Position numbers and translations under genes: made by a program. The notes under the pieces were generated by a model. That model had not been told where the DNA came from and searched no databases. It worked only from the letters and a program-made list of their open reading frames with translations. A stretch of DNA of 62,970 nt, the filler included, from Asterionella formosa (taxonomy: Eukaryota): the NCBI GenBank assembly GCA_002256025.1. It is 6 parts of 6 records of this genome, joined end to end, with 100 filler letters (N's around TTAATTAATTAA, not from the genome) between each part and the next. Parts side by side here need not be neighbours in the genome. Positions count along the whole stretch, not along the records: positions 35,197 to 62,970 come from NKIB01001406.1; 5 more parts are not named here. One strand, given 5' to 3'. Each line of letters begins with the position of its first letter. The stretch's first letter is position 1. Below, one piece after another: positions 35,677 to 47,500 of the stretch.

Positions 35677-38180
35677 CACCCTCGCCCATGTAGGATGGAG
35701 CAGAATGGTGAGCAGAAGCGCCAATCGGCGAAAGGGGGCACACAGGAGGAGGAAGCAAATATTGGTCACGCATGCGGCGGTGGTGTGATGGCGAGTGATG
35801 CTTAGTGAAGTAGTCAGCTAAATTGTTGGAGCCTGGTCACCAGTGGACGATGAATTGCTTTTGCCACACCCTGTCGCGCACCCAAGAATAGAACCGCATG
35901 TCAATGGCTTTGGACCGGCGCTGTTTGACGGTGTCATTGATGATGCCATCAGCACAGGCATTCCTGCGGCAACCCGTACATGCCCTTGCGGATTTCGACC
36001 ATAACATTGCCATTATGGAGGACAAGGGGGAGCAGATTGTATTGTGACATGATGGAGGGCGGAATGTTGCTCACAAATGGGAATACGCATGTATTCAAAT
36101 CTCGCCATTGGATTGTTAAGGTAAAAATTGGCGATGTCAGCGGTCACAAATTTGGCCTGGGGCGTGGAGAGCACACTGTTCAACAGGAGTTTGACGGTGG
36201 TGAGGTCGGCTGTGGGGGTGCTGACTTTACCAGGGAAGTCAATTTGGTTACCGCCTACTGTGAATCGCTCGCGTTTGGTTTCGGCTTTGAGCGGGCGAAG
36301 TTCTGCAATAATGCGCAAGTAGGTTGCGCGTCGGTCTGCAGGGATGTTGGTGTGCCTGATGAAATGTATGGTGTTGGTGCCACTGGGCATGTGGGGAAGA
36401 CGCCCTGAGCTAAGCGGCCAATTTCATTAGCTGCACTCTGGATCCAGTCCGCTCCGGCAGGATCTTCGCGAAGTTGGCGGTATGACTGGGCGGCGCCTGA
36501 CGTGGGATCTATGATTGCGTGGGCAGAGGGGGAATACCCGACTTCCTAGTGGGGTTCACACGGCGGAGCTGTGGTAGGGAGAGGACTGTTGTTGGTTGCA
36601 AAGGCTAAGCACATGGCAGCGAAGTGGGTGGTGCCAGGGGTCGGACGTTGGGAACGGCGTTTGGAAGCGTGGTGGCGCATGGTGGGGAGAAGCCGTGGAG
36701 GAGAAACGACGGGTGTGAGCTGGGCTTTGGCGACAATGCGACGGCGAGGATGCGTGGCGTTGCCCGTGACAGTGGCATAGGTTGGTGGTGCTAGTGAGGA
36801 TGGTACTGCTGGTATCGGAGGCGCCAACCTCGGACATGGGGCAGCTGTCGTTGGGGCCGGATAGTCGGTTGGTGTCAGCGTCGAGGGTGCCGGGAAAACA
36901 GTTGGTGGAGCCAGGAGGGGCAGTGGTGGCGGCCCAGGGGCAAGCGGCATTGGTGCGGCGGGGAGCGGCGGCAGCTGTTGGGCATGTGTCAGGGGTGTGG
37001 CCACCCTCGCAAGTCGGGCCGCGTGGTTTGCTGGAATGTGAAGTGGAAGAACTTGGGGTGACGGGCAGGGGGAGGTCTCGTTGGCAAAGATGTGTGCAAG
37101 TTGTGTGAGGGCGTCACGTTGTTGGTCGTTGATGGTGGCTATGGGCGTGGCATGTGCTGGGTGAAGTAGGGCATGGATGAGAGCTTGGGCTGCTGCCGTG
37201 GCGGCGTCCACGATGGACTGGACTGGTATGGAAACATGCCGTGGAAACCAGGCAAAGGTGTCGGCAATGCGTTCAGCAGCTGTCTCCTTGAGATACACCT
37301 TGTAGCACCGATAATGATGCATTGCTGGACCCAAGTACCATCTGTGGACTGCATGTGGTGCCCAGGTACCCCGCACGGAGCTTTTTTCATGAATCATGAC
37401 GCGTGTGCCTGCGGGAGCAAGGGGCATGCGATTAAATTCGAACACGCCATGGAGCTGAGCCTGGGCGGAGAGTCGGGGATTAATTCTACTAGAGGCACGG
37501 AGTAGGTTCAAAGTATGGACGGCTTGTGGAAGAAGCCAGTCCCAGAGGTGTAGGGGAAAGTCGGGATCAGTACCACTGAGTCCAGCGATGAAGTGGTTCT
37601 TAAACGTACGGATGGCCTGTTCAGCAGAGTTGCGACGGTGGACATGTGGGGGCGCCAGTTGATAGTCGATTGACTTGTCAGTGAGAAACTGTTGGAGTGC
37701 CTGGGACGCCTCATTGTCAAGACGTTGGAGGCGTGGTGTGAGGCCACGGCTGGTGAGTAAGGCTATGCTGCTCTTGTAGGCTGCCAGGATGTCAGTGCCA
37801 GAGCAAGAGCGCAGGGGTTCAGCATGGATGTAATTGCTGTCGTAATCGTAGACCACCAGCATGTAACTGTTGCCCCGACTGGAGGAGACAAGGAATCGCC
37901 CTGTCATGTTTGTGGCAATTTTTTCCTGTCATGAGGTGGCAGTCCGCAAAGATGGTGTGGGTGCGGAGTGGGGCTGGGATCATGGAGTCAGTGGCTGTGT
38001 CTTGGATCAAATGGGGCTGTGATTCTGTGACAGTTGTTGGGGTCCTGGTGGTGCTGTTGGTCTGCGTGGATTGAAGGTTGGTGCGCTGCTGATCTAGGTG
38101 CCCTTGGATCATGGCAGATGAGAAAGGAGGGTGGCGTCGGATTTGCGCTGCTGTGAGAGCCGGCCAGGTGGTTAGCTGTT
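35677..38180 (-). mobile_element. CoDi-type Ty1/Copia pol remnant (pre-integrase, integrase, partial RT, RNase H end)
   Basis: GHLDQQRTNLQST; integrase YDYDSNYI...RLDNEAS...PPHVHRRNSAE.AIRTFKNHF; RT TVGGNQIDFPG.VSTPTADLTT...DIANFYL...KGMYGLPQ; RNase H SKAIDMRF...NLADYFTKHH. IN-RT-RH order, with frameshifts and an internal deletion near 35965. Confidence 0.95.
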
Positions 38181-38565
38181 CATGTTTTGCTTACACATCA
38201 ACATGCATTTCGCTTCTATCTGCCTTCACTTACCACAAATTGAGGATGTAACTGATGCATATTTCTGTAGAAGAATGTGTCAGTCAAAGATTGAATGAGA
38301 AGCAAAGTATCGATCAATTAATGGGCTCCAACACTGCTCTTTGTAACTTACAAATACTGTTTGTCTACCATTATCCTGAAAGAAGCAACACATATGTGTC
38401 AGTTTTTCTAACAGTTGTAGATTGATCCAAAGATGGCTGATAGCACTTACCGATTTCTTTTGTCCACATTGATGGTTGGCCAGCCACCAAATCGAAAAGG
38501 AGCTATTGAATCACTGAAAGGGGACGAGTCATTCCGTATTTGTAATCCCAGCAATTGATCATCTT

Positions 38566-38895
38566 GGCATTTGCTCTTGACAAACCGTGATGCTATGGAC
38601 AGCTTGTTGATTCCGCCCTTCTCCATCATAATCACTCATTCTTATCATGCTGTATTGTCACTTCAGTTTTTCGCATCATGTGTTGCTTGAGATCCTTCAT
38701 TTGAAGAAGTGGATGCAGCATGACAAGGAACATGAAAGGCATTTGCTCTTGACTTACCATCAATTGATTCCGCCCTTCTCTTCTAAGCCGCAAGTATCAT
38801 TGTGATGTATTATCACTTTCGTTTTCCGCGTCATTATCTGTGTTAATCCTTCATTTCAGGAGCAAAGTGTATGCATGACAAGGAACATGAAAACA
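38566..38895. repeat. Degenerate tandem duplication (~160-170-bp unit)
   Basis: GGCATTTGCTCTTGAC, TTGATTCCGCCCTTCTC and CATGACAAGGAACATGAAA each occur twice. Confidence 0.75.
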
Positions 38896-39949
38896 TGATT
38901 TCAAATGTTTCAGCCATGAATACATATATATATATAAAGATTTGTAAGAAGTTTAAATGCATGCATAGTTGAACATTTGCATAGTTTTAAACACGCTCAT
39001 TATACGGCACATCCTGTGTATACTAATATCAATTTTGATTATACATAATTCAAATATATACAATGCATGATGAGTTCATAGTTTTCCACGACCTGTTGAG
39101 TTTTTTCAATTTTTTGTGTGTCAATTCTTGTACCTACAAGTCAGTGGCTGATTTAATAAAGCCCCTTAATAAACGGGAGTCATCACCAATTTTTCAAATG
39201 GTCGAAATCATACATTTATGTATATAGACATATTGACCAAAATTCATATGGCCTACCGGTAGTACTGTATAATTGCTGGTAATTACTTCCATCATGGAAA
39301 TACCACAATAGTGCAGCGGAAAACTGAATATGCTCATGTGTTTAGGATCATTGGATCATATTTTAAAGATCAATTAATCCTGATTCTTGAAAATAAATGT
39401 TGATCGTTCATTTTCTCATCAACGACACCGTTCATGTTATGATCAAAGTTATAGGATAAACGAATCTAAAATCATTGATTAAAGATCATAGTTTGTACTT
39501 GTAAGAATTATCGCAGCATGCATGCATACTACATGACTCCTACTGGTATATACAATGCAGGAGTGATGACCACCAGACTACCAATCCTATAGGTCCTGTA
39601 GAATTATCGCAACATGGCTGCATATCTAATGAAAGGGCGGGAGGAGTCATCCATGCACCTGTATAGTATAAAATATGGAAATGATCAAATATAGCTAGTC
39701 TACACAAGGAGCAGTGCATCATATATGCCCTGCTGTTGTTATTTTAATTCCTATGAAATCTCTTGATCTGTTCTGCGCTTTTTCGCCACAATTGTTTTCA
39801 TTGGCTGTTTCACTGGACAGCATTCGAATTGATTGTGCTTTGAACAAAGCAATGATCAAAGTCCACCCCATTGCAGAATGGTGAGTCTTACAACTAAGTA
39901 TCAGCAAGTCGATTAAAATTGGACTGTCTTTTGTGCACCCTCGTTGTGT

Positions 39950-41750
39950 TTGTACTTGACTTGGCAGCTGTCAGCCAAGAGCAGCCATGGCATGGCACCA
40001 TCTATTGTCTATACAAGTTTCGAATGAGTTCAGCTATGATAACTTTTGCTCCCCCCTCCTAAACACTATCTCACTACCCTTGTCATATATTTTTCTTTAT
40101 CCTTGCTTGCTTTGGCCTCACAGGCCCAGGTTACTCAATGCCTTCATCTGCAAGGAGTTCAGCCAAGCAGGTCCACGTAGGCGTAAAGAAAACCTCAACC
40201 CCGATTTCCTCACATGCTCCACCCATTAACTTCTTCATTGATGAAGTCGAGGTAGCTATATTGACGAGGACATCAGGTGGCGCAGGCTTGTGTATAGATT
40301 GATGATGCTGAAAGCATTGCTTCCTTTTCCTGTAGGTACCTATTTGTCAACAGTCTTTTTTGGGTCAATCTATTCTTGTTCCCGCAAGACCAGAAGCAAT
40401 TATCTCTTTACTTCTCCTCCAAAGAACCTTCAATTCTCTTTCACAATTGTCCTGATGTTTGCAGAGCATTTTTAGTTCCCTTTTGATTTTCCCCTGGGTT
40501 CGATCCCTTTTGCATTCAAGTCAAGAAACAAGCAACTCATTGAGATTTCTGGAGGTTTTGGTCAGTGGCACCATAAAGCAACGATCAACAGATCATGGCG
40601 GCTGTTCTACATTTTCTGTAGCAAGTGACATTCAAGAAAAAGGGACTGGGATCATTGGGGAGAAAAATTAGTATGATTCTCTGTGTTTGCCCCTGCCTGG
40701 TGTTTGGCAGCCATTCTACCATTGCTTCCTCTTTATCAATACTAGTATAGCTAATGAAAACCGTTATTAGATGAAATGTGACTTCCGGTTTCTAATATAT
40801 TACATTGTTGCACTACTGAAACTTGAATCCATAAAAATGGTCATTCAACTTGTGCTTCTTGCATTTTTGCAGTATAGACTGGCTGGTGTTCGATAGGCCA
40901 AAGTGTCTCGCTTTTCTTGAACATCTACAAGGTACTAGTGCTTTTGTCAAGGTTTGTGTCTAAATCCAACTGCTGCCATCCGTTGAAATATTCCAGATAC
41001 ATCAAAGAATACGCTCCTGTCTTTAAAGGTAAGGAACTAGAACGATGACAAAGAAAATCTAATGAGACATGAAAATTACGAAACCAGAATCACTCCTCTG
41101 TTACTATAAATAGACAGTCTCATGCTTCTTTGTGCATATCGCCTGCTATGCTGGTGCTTGTAAATTCTAGATGTATTATGTTCTCGTTACAGACACGATG
41201 TAACATAGAAGTAGATTGTTCTGTTCTATTATGAATGTTGTTTACTATGATTGAGGTTGCAACACTGATCGATGCTCCGGTGACAGACAGGAAATATTCG
41301 TGTTGTGTGATGAGCCATTTCGTTTTCATTGGATTTCTTTTCAAGCTCTTAACGGATTGCATAGTACAAACATACTGTGCAATGTAGATGATGATTCATC
41401 GAAGACATATGATGACTTGAACGACAAATGAAGATTTTATCACAAACACTCGCTCGTTCCTCTTGGCAAGGCTGGTTTGTTGTTGTTGCAAGAATCAGAG
41501 TGAGGACTGGCGAGGATGATGAGTCAAACCACATTACTCTAACTGGTATATTATCATACCAAGAAATTTAAATAAGAAACCTAAAAGAAACAATACATAT
41601 AATAATTAAATTTCCATAGTCAAAAGGGTTACTATTAAAATTACGAGGGCATTTATCAAAATTATTAGATGATATAACGAAAAATTATGATCAGATGATC
41701 ATAATCCTATGATGCATCATGGAAATATGATGGTTTTGATTTGCAGACGA
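39950..41750 (-). mobile_element. IS630-Tc1-mariner-like DNA transposon remnant, copy 2 (includes catalytic C-terminus)
   Basis: Read-through gives VDVQEK..TLAYR ... IFLPNDPSPFF ... LLLVLRE...IDP ... DFINEE ... VFFTP...AEL.ADEGIE, matching the 'TPK.H.ELAGEGIEY.W' type motif. Heavily frameshifted. Confidence 0.7.
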
Positions 41751-41770
41751 TAGTGGTATTGTCTGGAAGA

Positions 41771-42270
41771 TTAGCAGCCGTCCCTCTGGCTCATGGAACC
41801 GCAGGGGAAGTAACAGGAGGGGTACCATGTTGGCGCAAGCTGCCACCCATCCGATTGCGATTTGTGGCACCTGTTTGATGGCCAGGTGCTGGGGTATTGC
41901 AGGAGGCACTGGTGTAGAGAACATTGCTGCTGCTGCCATGCGTCCAGCAGTACCCCCTGGTGGTGGGGGTCTGGTGGCGGCCTGTAGTTGCAGGTGGAGT
42001 GAATACCGCTAATGCAAGCTGTGCTCTCAGGGAGATGATTTCGGCTGCTAGGACAGTGGGGTCTGAAGAGAGTGACGAGGTGATGGTACCAGCTGTTGAA
42101 GGTTTGACATGGTTTGCCCGGGTCAGGCCGCCCGTCAAGGTGGTAGCCAGCGGAAGCAGAGGTAAGTGTATGGATACGGCGGTAATTGTCCATTTTGCGA
42201 AAGTGGACTTGGAAGGCAGCAAAGGATTGGGTTTCGGGGTCCAATAAGCACCATTCGCGGCATGCCATAT
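41771..42270 (-). mobile_element. CoDi-type Copia gag C-terminal fragment
   Basis: FQVHF...TSASAGYH and GYCWTHG...S..C..PAPGH...AT..NRMGGS. Same strand as, and upstream of, the pol remnant. Confidence 0.8.
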
Positions 42271-42326
42271 ATACTTCAAAGGCATAAGGGTCATTCAGAA
42301 AATCTATTCTTATTCACAAGTGCTAG

Positions 42327-42406
42327 TAGTTGTTGTCAGCAAGTTCTAGTCGTAGTCAGTAAATTTTAGTAATTATCAGCAAATCCTAGTCATTGTCAGC
42401 AAGTTC
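42327..42406. repeat. 20-bp minisatellite, four units
   Basis: TAGTTGTTGTCAGCAAGTTC / TAGTCGTAGTCAGTAAATTT / TAGTAATTATCAGCAAATCC / TAGTCATTGTCAGCAAGTTC. Confidence 0.85.
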
Positions 42407-42992
42407 TAAATGTAGGAAGGTAAGATTTCTATCTTGATTCCGTAGCTAGAAGACGGTTTGCTGAATCAATTCATCAGTTAGCAAATCGGAGTCGTGTTCC
42501 TCAGAGACTTATTCTGCAAATCGTCATTGGTCAATATGAGTTATGTATCACCAAATGCTTTTTAAATCGGCTGGCCACTTATTTGTGGGAAACCGAATAA
42601 AAAAAGCCACTATAATAATTATAACATGAATAGAATAATTGTCATTCAGTAACCTTTCTACAGTTGTTGCACCTACATGGACCATCCCACCAGATATTTA
42701 AGAGTGATTTCCTGAAAACGAGCATACCGTTGTTTCCTTTCGAATCCCTCATCCCCATTTTCACATTGTTCTACTGTTATGTCCCATTTCGTATGTATGT
42801 TGAGAATAAATGGTTCGAAGAAAATGGGTCCTCATGCATCTGCATTTTGCTCGAGATAGCTGTAAGCGAAAATCGAAAAAGCGGAAAATAAAAATGTTTT
42901 TTGAAATGTAGTTACCAATTCTAATCTTTCTCCCTCTTACTAACAGTACTACTGTGCACATATTCTCATGTACCTTGTTGCTCCTTCAGTAT

Positions 42993-43063
42993 GGAAGGTC
43001 AGGAAATCGAGATATTTTGCTGAATCTTTTCTTAAGTTTAAAACGTGTCTTACCAGACCTTCC
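42993..43063. repeat. ~70-bp mini-element with GGAAGGTC...GACCTTCC ends
   Basis: 8-bp perfect inverted termini. Homologous to 22358-22424. Confidence 0.6.
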
Positions 43064-43199
43064 TTGTCGACAGAATACTGTAGAATGCCTATCATGATAC
43101 AGGTTGTACATACTGGTTAGCTAAAACAGAGACGTATGGCTGGTTGCATCATGAAACTACATTGGGTAGCCATCGTAGCTACTGGTACTGAATATTCTG

Positions 43200-43292
43200 G
43201 CTACTAGTACAACCTAATTTTAGCTTAAGTTAAATGTTCTATATAAATAACATACATATGTATAAATTTTATGTACACATGCATCCATGATC

Positions 43293-43341
<49 letters not shown>

Positions 43342-43803
43342 CATTGCATTCATTCATGACAAACATGAAATCGAAGTCCATTGCTCAGCTATGGGTGTGA
43401 AATCGTTGTTGTATCTTCATTGCAACTACTATATGATCTTATTTGAGACATACCTGTAAAGTTTCAACTCCAGCTTGCCCACTATCAAGCTCAAGAGTGT
43501 GAAACCATTGGTTATGTAGGCGTCGTGGATCTCCGTGCCAAACAAAAAATAGTTCATATAAAAAGCAAATTGTGTCGTCCTGTGCCGCTTCCGGCGTTTA
43601 ATAGTGGCGCTACTCATGGAGGAAAGAAAGCTATTTGAAGCAGCACAGTAGGATGTTCTATTGTTGAGGAAAACAACAGAATAAGAACAACATGGTAGGA
43701 TGTGATTATAACATGCCAATCCAGGCGCAAAATATTATATACCATAGGTTTAGGGTTTATGCTAATGCTAGTCCTACAGGGTCTACCCTTTGGCCCCAAA
43801 AAT
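43200..43803 (-). repeat. Dispersed ~550-600-bp repeat, copy 2, with an expanded (GTT)n tract at 43293-43341
   Basis: Reverse complement of 23724-24275. Confidence 0.85.
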
Positions 43804-43849
43804 GGGATCCAGCCTTGTACCAGGTAGTGTCGCTATTCACACATACCGA

Positions 43850-44260
43850 ACTAGTACCGCCAGGTACCTGGTACCTGGTACCAGCTACTAATAGTACAGT
43901 CGCTTACGTACTGGTACCAGGTACTTGATACCAGGCACGAGAAGTGGTTGACGATGTAATCATCGCGCAGCATTGTGCATGCTGGCCGGCTGTGCGTGTG
44001 GGCGGACGAGGTGGAAGAAAATTCAATCCCCCACACCGGTCCGGAACAAGCCATGCAGGAGATTGGCGAAAAAACGGAGGTACCAATTGTAGTCTACGGT
44101 AGCTGGTACCGGTTGCTAAATTCCAACATACCTGGTACTGGTACAACCTTGGTAACCCTAGTATCTGGTACCAGGTACCTGGTACCTGGTACCTGCTGCC
44201 AGAGGGGTACGGTACCAGGTACCAGGCACCAGGTACTTCAGAATCAGCCATGTACCCGTA
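43850..44260. repeat. Dense GGTACC/CCWGG palindromic repeat cluster
   Basis: Runs such as CCAGGTACCTGGTACCTGGTACCAG and GGTACCAGGTACCTGGTACCTGGTACC. Confidence 0.85.
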
Positions 44261-44547
44261 AATACATACCTATATAATAGCATGTATGTAGCGGTAGTCA
44301 GTACATACCGGTATGCTGTACCGTATTAGTAGCAGAAAAATAAGAGACTTTAGTCTACGGTATTTACGAACCAAACCACAACAATCGTATCGGCAACGAA
44401 GGAAAAACTTTGTGTTTCATTAAATCTGTTGGACGACGCAAAGTCATCAGATTTATTCATTCATACTAACAACGAGTATAACATTATTAGGGAACCACTT
44501 TGCGTAACCATCCATCACCCAGTCCAAAACAATCACAGATACGAATA

Positions 44548-47500
44548 ATGGTTTATTCGAAAACGACTAGAATCCAATGGAAGGGCGTTACATTATGTCG
44601 TTTGAAACGACGACAACGAATACAGTTCAGTAATGGTCAAATCATTGAAGTTGTCCTACTAGTAATGATGTTGTGCCTGAGGATTCAGTCGACTTTTGCC
44701 TTTGTTGGTACTATTACCGGAAGCACACAACGACGACAACAACAACCACAAGTATTGTTTGTATGCCATAATCGAGGTTGCAGACGAACAGAACTATCAC
44801 TCCTTCAAGCAGTCAGTACTAATAATGATGGCGGCAGTTCCAGCGGTGATAAAACAGATATCGTTGTTGCTGTTGCAGCGGTCAAAAATTTACGAAAACA
44901 ACAAAGCACTCTCAAGATTACTAATACAAACAACAACAGGCAACAGCACGAGGAGAGTGTCCAAAAAAAGAAATCCATCAGTAAATATCCACCCGAATTT
45001 CTGCAGCTCAATACAGAAATTACTACATGTTGTGAGACTGCCCAAGACACTTTGAATCTATTGGCATCCCGGAAGAACGCATTGACTGGCCTTGCTGGAG
45101 GTGGGGCTGTCAATACTGTCAACTTTTCAACAGCGATACATCGAATGTCACGAGCCATGGCATACAATGTCGACGATAGAAAGGCGACGTTGTCCAATCC
45201 AAAGTATGCACTCTTCATATGTGCCATTAGTGAAGCATTTGCTGGAATGGATTATACACAACCACTCTCCTCCATGGCCAATGGTCGACCACTCATCAAG
45301 GGACCCAACACTCTCAAATTTGGATCCAGAGAAATTTCAAATATGGTATGGGCACTGGCCAAGGTCAAAATTGTGCCTCCTCAATCAGCACTCCCAGTTG
45401 ATCTGACGGAGCAAGTCTTGGATGACCTTGTGGCAATATCATTCAAGTTACGGACACAAGTGCTGGAGTCAGTTCAAACAAGACAGTCCAACAATTGGAT
45501 TCCAACACTATCGTTGCTATCAGCAAAACTTATGGACGCTGTGTCATATCAATTACTTGCACATCCCTTGTCTGCCAACAATAACAGCGACCAACAAAAT
45601 CAAGAAATTGCCAATCTCCTTTGGGCCCTCAGTACCTCCAAGCGTGCAACAGAACCTGTCTTTGCAAGCATACTAAAAAGCTTCAAAAAGAGCTTGGACC
45701 GGAAAGCTCCAAAGCCTCAAGAGTTTAGTAATTCCATATGGGCCATTGCAACGAGTGAAATTTATGCCAAGGGACATGAGATTGTGATTGAACGATGTGC
45801 TGACTTGTTAGATGGAGACGAGAAATGTGTCAAAATGTTCAAACCGCAAGAGTTGAGTAACATTGCTTGGGGACTGGCAACTATGATTTCGAACAAGCGC
45901 CAAGACTCCAAATTATCATCAACATTGTCAACGTCGTCACCTTCATCAGAAGATTCGGTGGCATTGAGAATATTGAGGCACGTGGCAAGGCAGTTGATTG
46001 TACGAGCAGACGATTTCAAGTCACAGGAACTCAGCAACTCATTGTGGGCGTTTGGAACTCTTGGCTTTGGTGTTACCCAGACAGAAGCAGCCATCAAGAT
46101 GACCATGAACGACTATGTTTTTTTAAAGTCAGATGATGTGGAAGGTGATAAGGACCTCATGGCTAGAGCCGTTGATGCAGTGGCCAAGTCCTCATTGCCA
46201 AGATTGGAAAAGTTTCGAGAGATGGAGCTCAATAATTTGGCATATGCACTTGCTAGACTTGAGAGGAAGGAATATCCTGAATTGCTCAAGGGCATTGCGA
46301 ACCAGTTTGGTCACCACTGGAGACAAAAATTTGATGGCCAGGACATTGGTACCACCATGTGGGCATTCGCAACACTTGAGTACTTTGACGCCGACAGCTT
46401 TCGGATGATTGCTTCGAAAATACGACTAGATCGTATCAACAAGTATCGCCCTCAAGAACTTAGTAACATGGTGTGGGCTGCAGCAACTGCCAGTGTGGTG
46501 CCAAAATACCTTGATGCTTTTGACACCTCCCTAGTTAGTAAGCGACCATCGTTTGCCAGCATCCAAGATGATTCCATCACTGTGATGTTTGCTGTTGCTG
46601 CCAAGGAATTAATGAACCGACCCGAGATTTTCAAGACCCAGGAAATCAAGGACACACTTTGGGCATTTTCCAAGATTGGTCTGCGGCATCCTATTTTGTT
46701 CAAATCTGTAGCTGAGCACTTGGTAGGCTTGGGAGAAGTCCCTGTAGGACAGCTTCACTGTGGTCGTGGAATGCAAGATTTCAGTCCTCAAGGAATGGGC
46801 AACCTACTTTGGAGTTACGCCAAGCAAGCTCAGTTATCAGAAGGCGCCAACCCAGATATCAATGGACGACTTGCTATTTACTGCAGAATATCTGTTGATG
46901 TTGGTGAAATGCTCATTAAACGATTGACGAATTGTGCTGCGGATACTAGCTTACAGCATCACGATGGACTGTCCAAATTCAAGACAAATGATATCTCCAA
47001 TATGGTGTGGGCCACAGCCACTCTCGGGATACGACATGGTCGTTTCTTTGATACTGTTGCCAATCAAGTGATGGAGCGAGCCCAAGACTTTTTGTCTGGC
47101 CGACGAAATGGTATTACCACATTCACTGGCCAAGAATTGACCAATATAATATGGGCATGTGCATCTGTCAACTTTAAGAAACCCATGCTATTGGATGCCA
47201 TCTCAAAATACGCTGTCAAACAATCCACCGACAAGTACAACAACTTCAATGCAAAGACAATTGCTCTGTACTTTAAACGCCAAGAGCTTGCCAATCTAGC
47301 ATGGGCATGCGCCGTGATGGGCCATTATCCCAAGGACTTACTACGACTTTGTTATCGTGGCTTGTTTGGCGAAGGCGAAGAGCAGGATCCCACATACATG
47401 ACGAAAGTCCATGGCGACGAGGGTTTGCAGAGTCATGCCATTATGAGCATGCTGTATGTTCAGATGGCCATGGACATTGACACCTCGATGAATGAGCTTT

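Noticed and set aside
42327..42406. Short regular repeats (also 55490-55745 and 14912-15017) as possible CRISPR arrays
   Set aside because: Units are contiguous with no unique spacers, there are no cas genes, and the context is eukaryotic.
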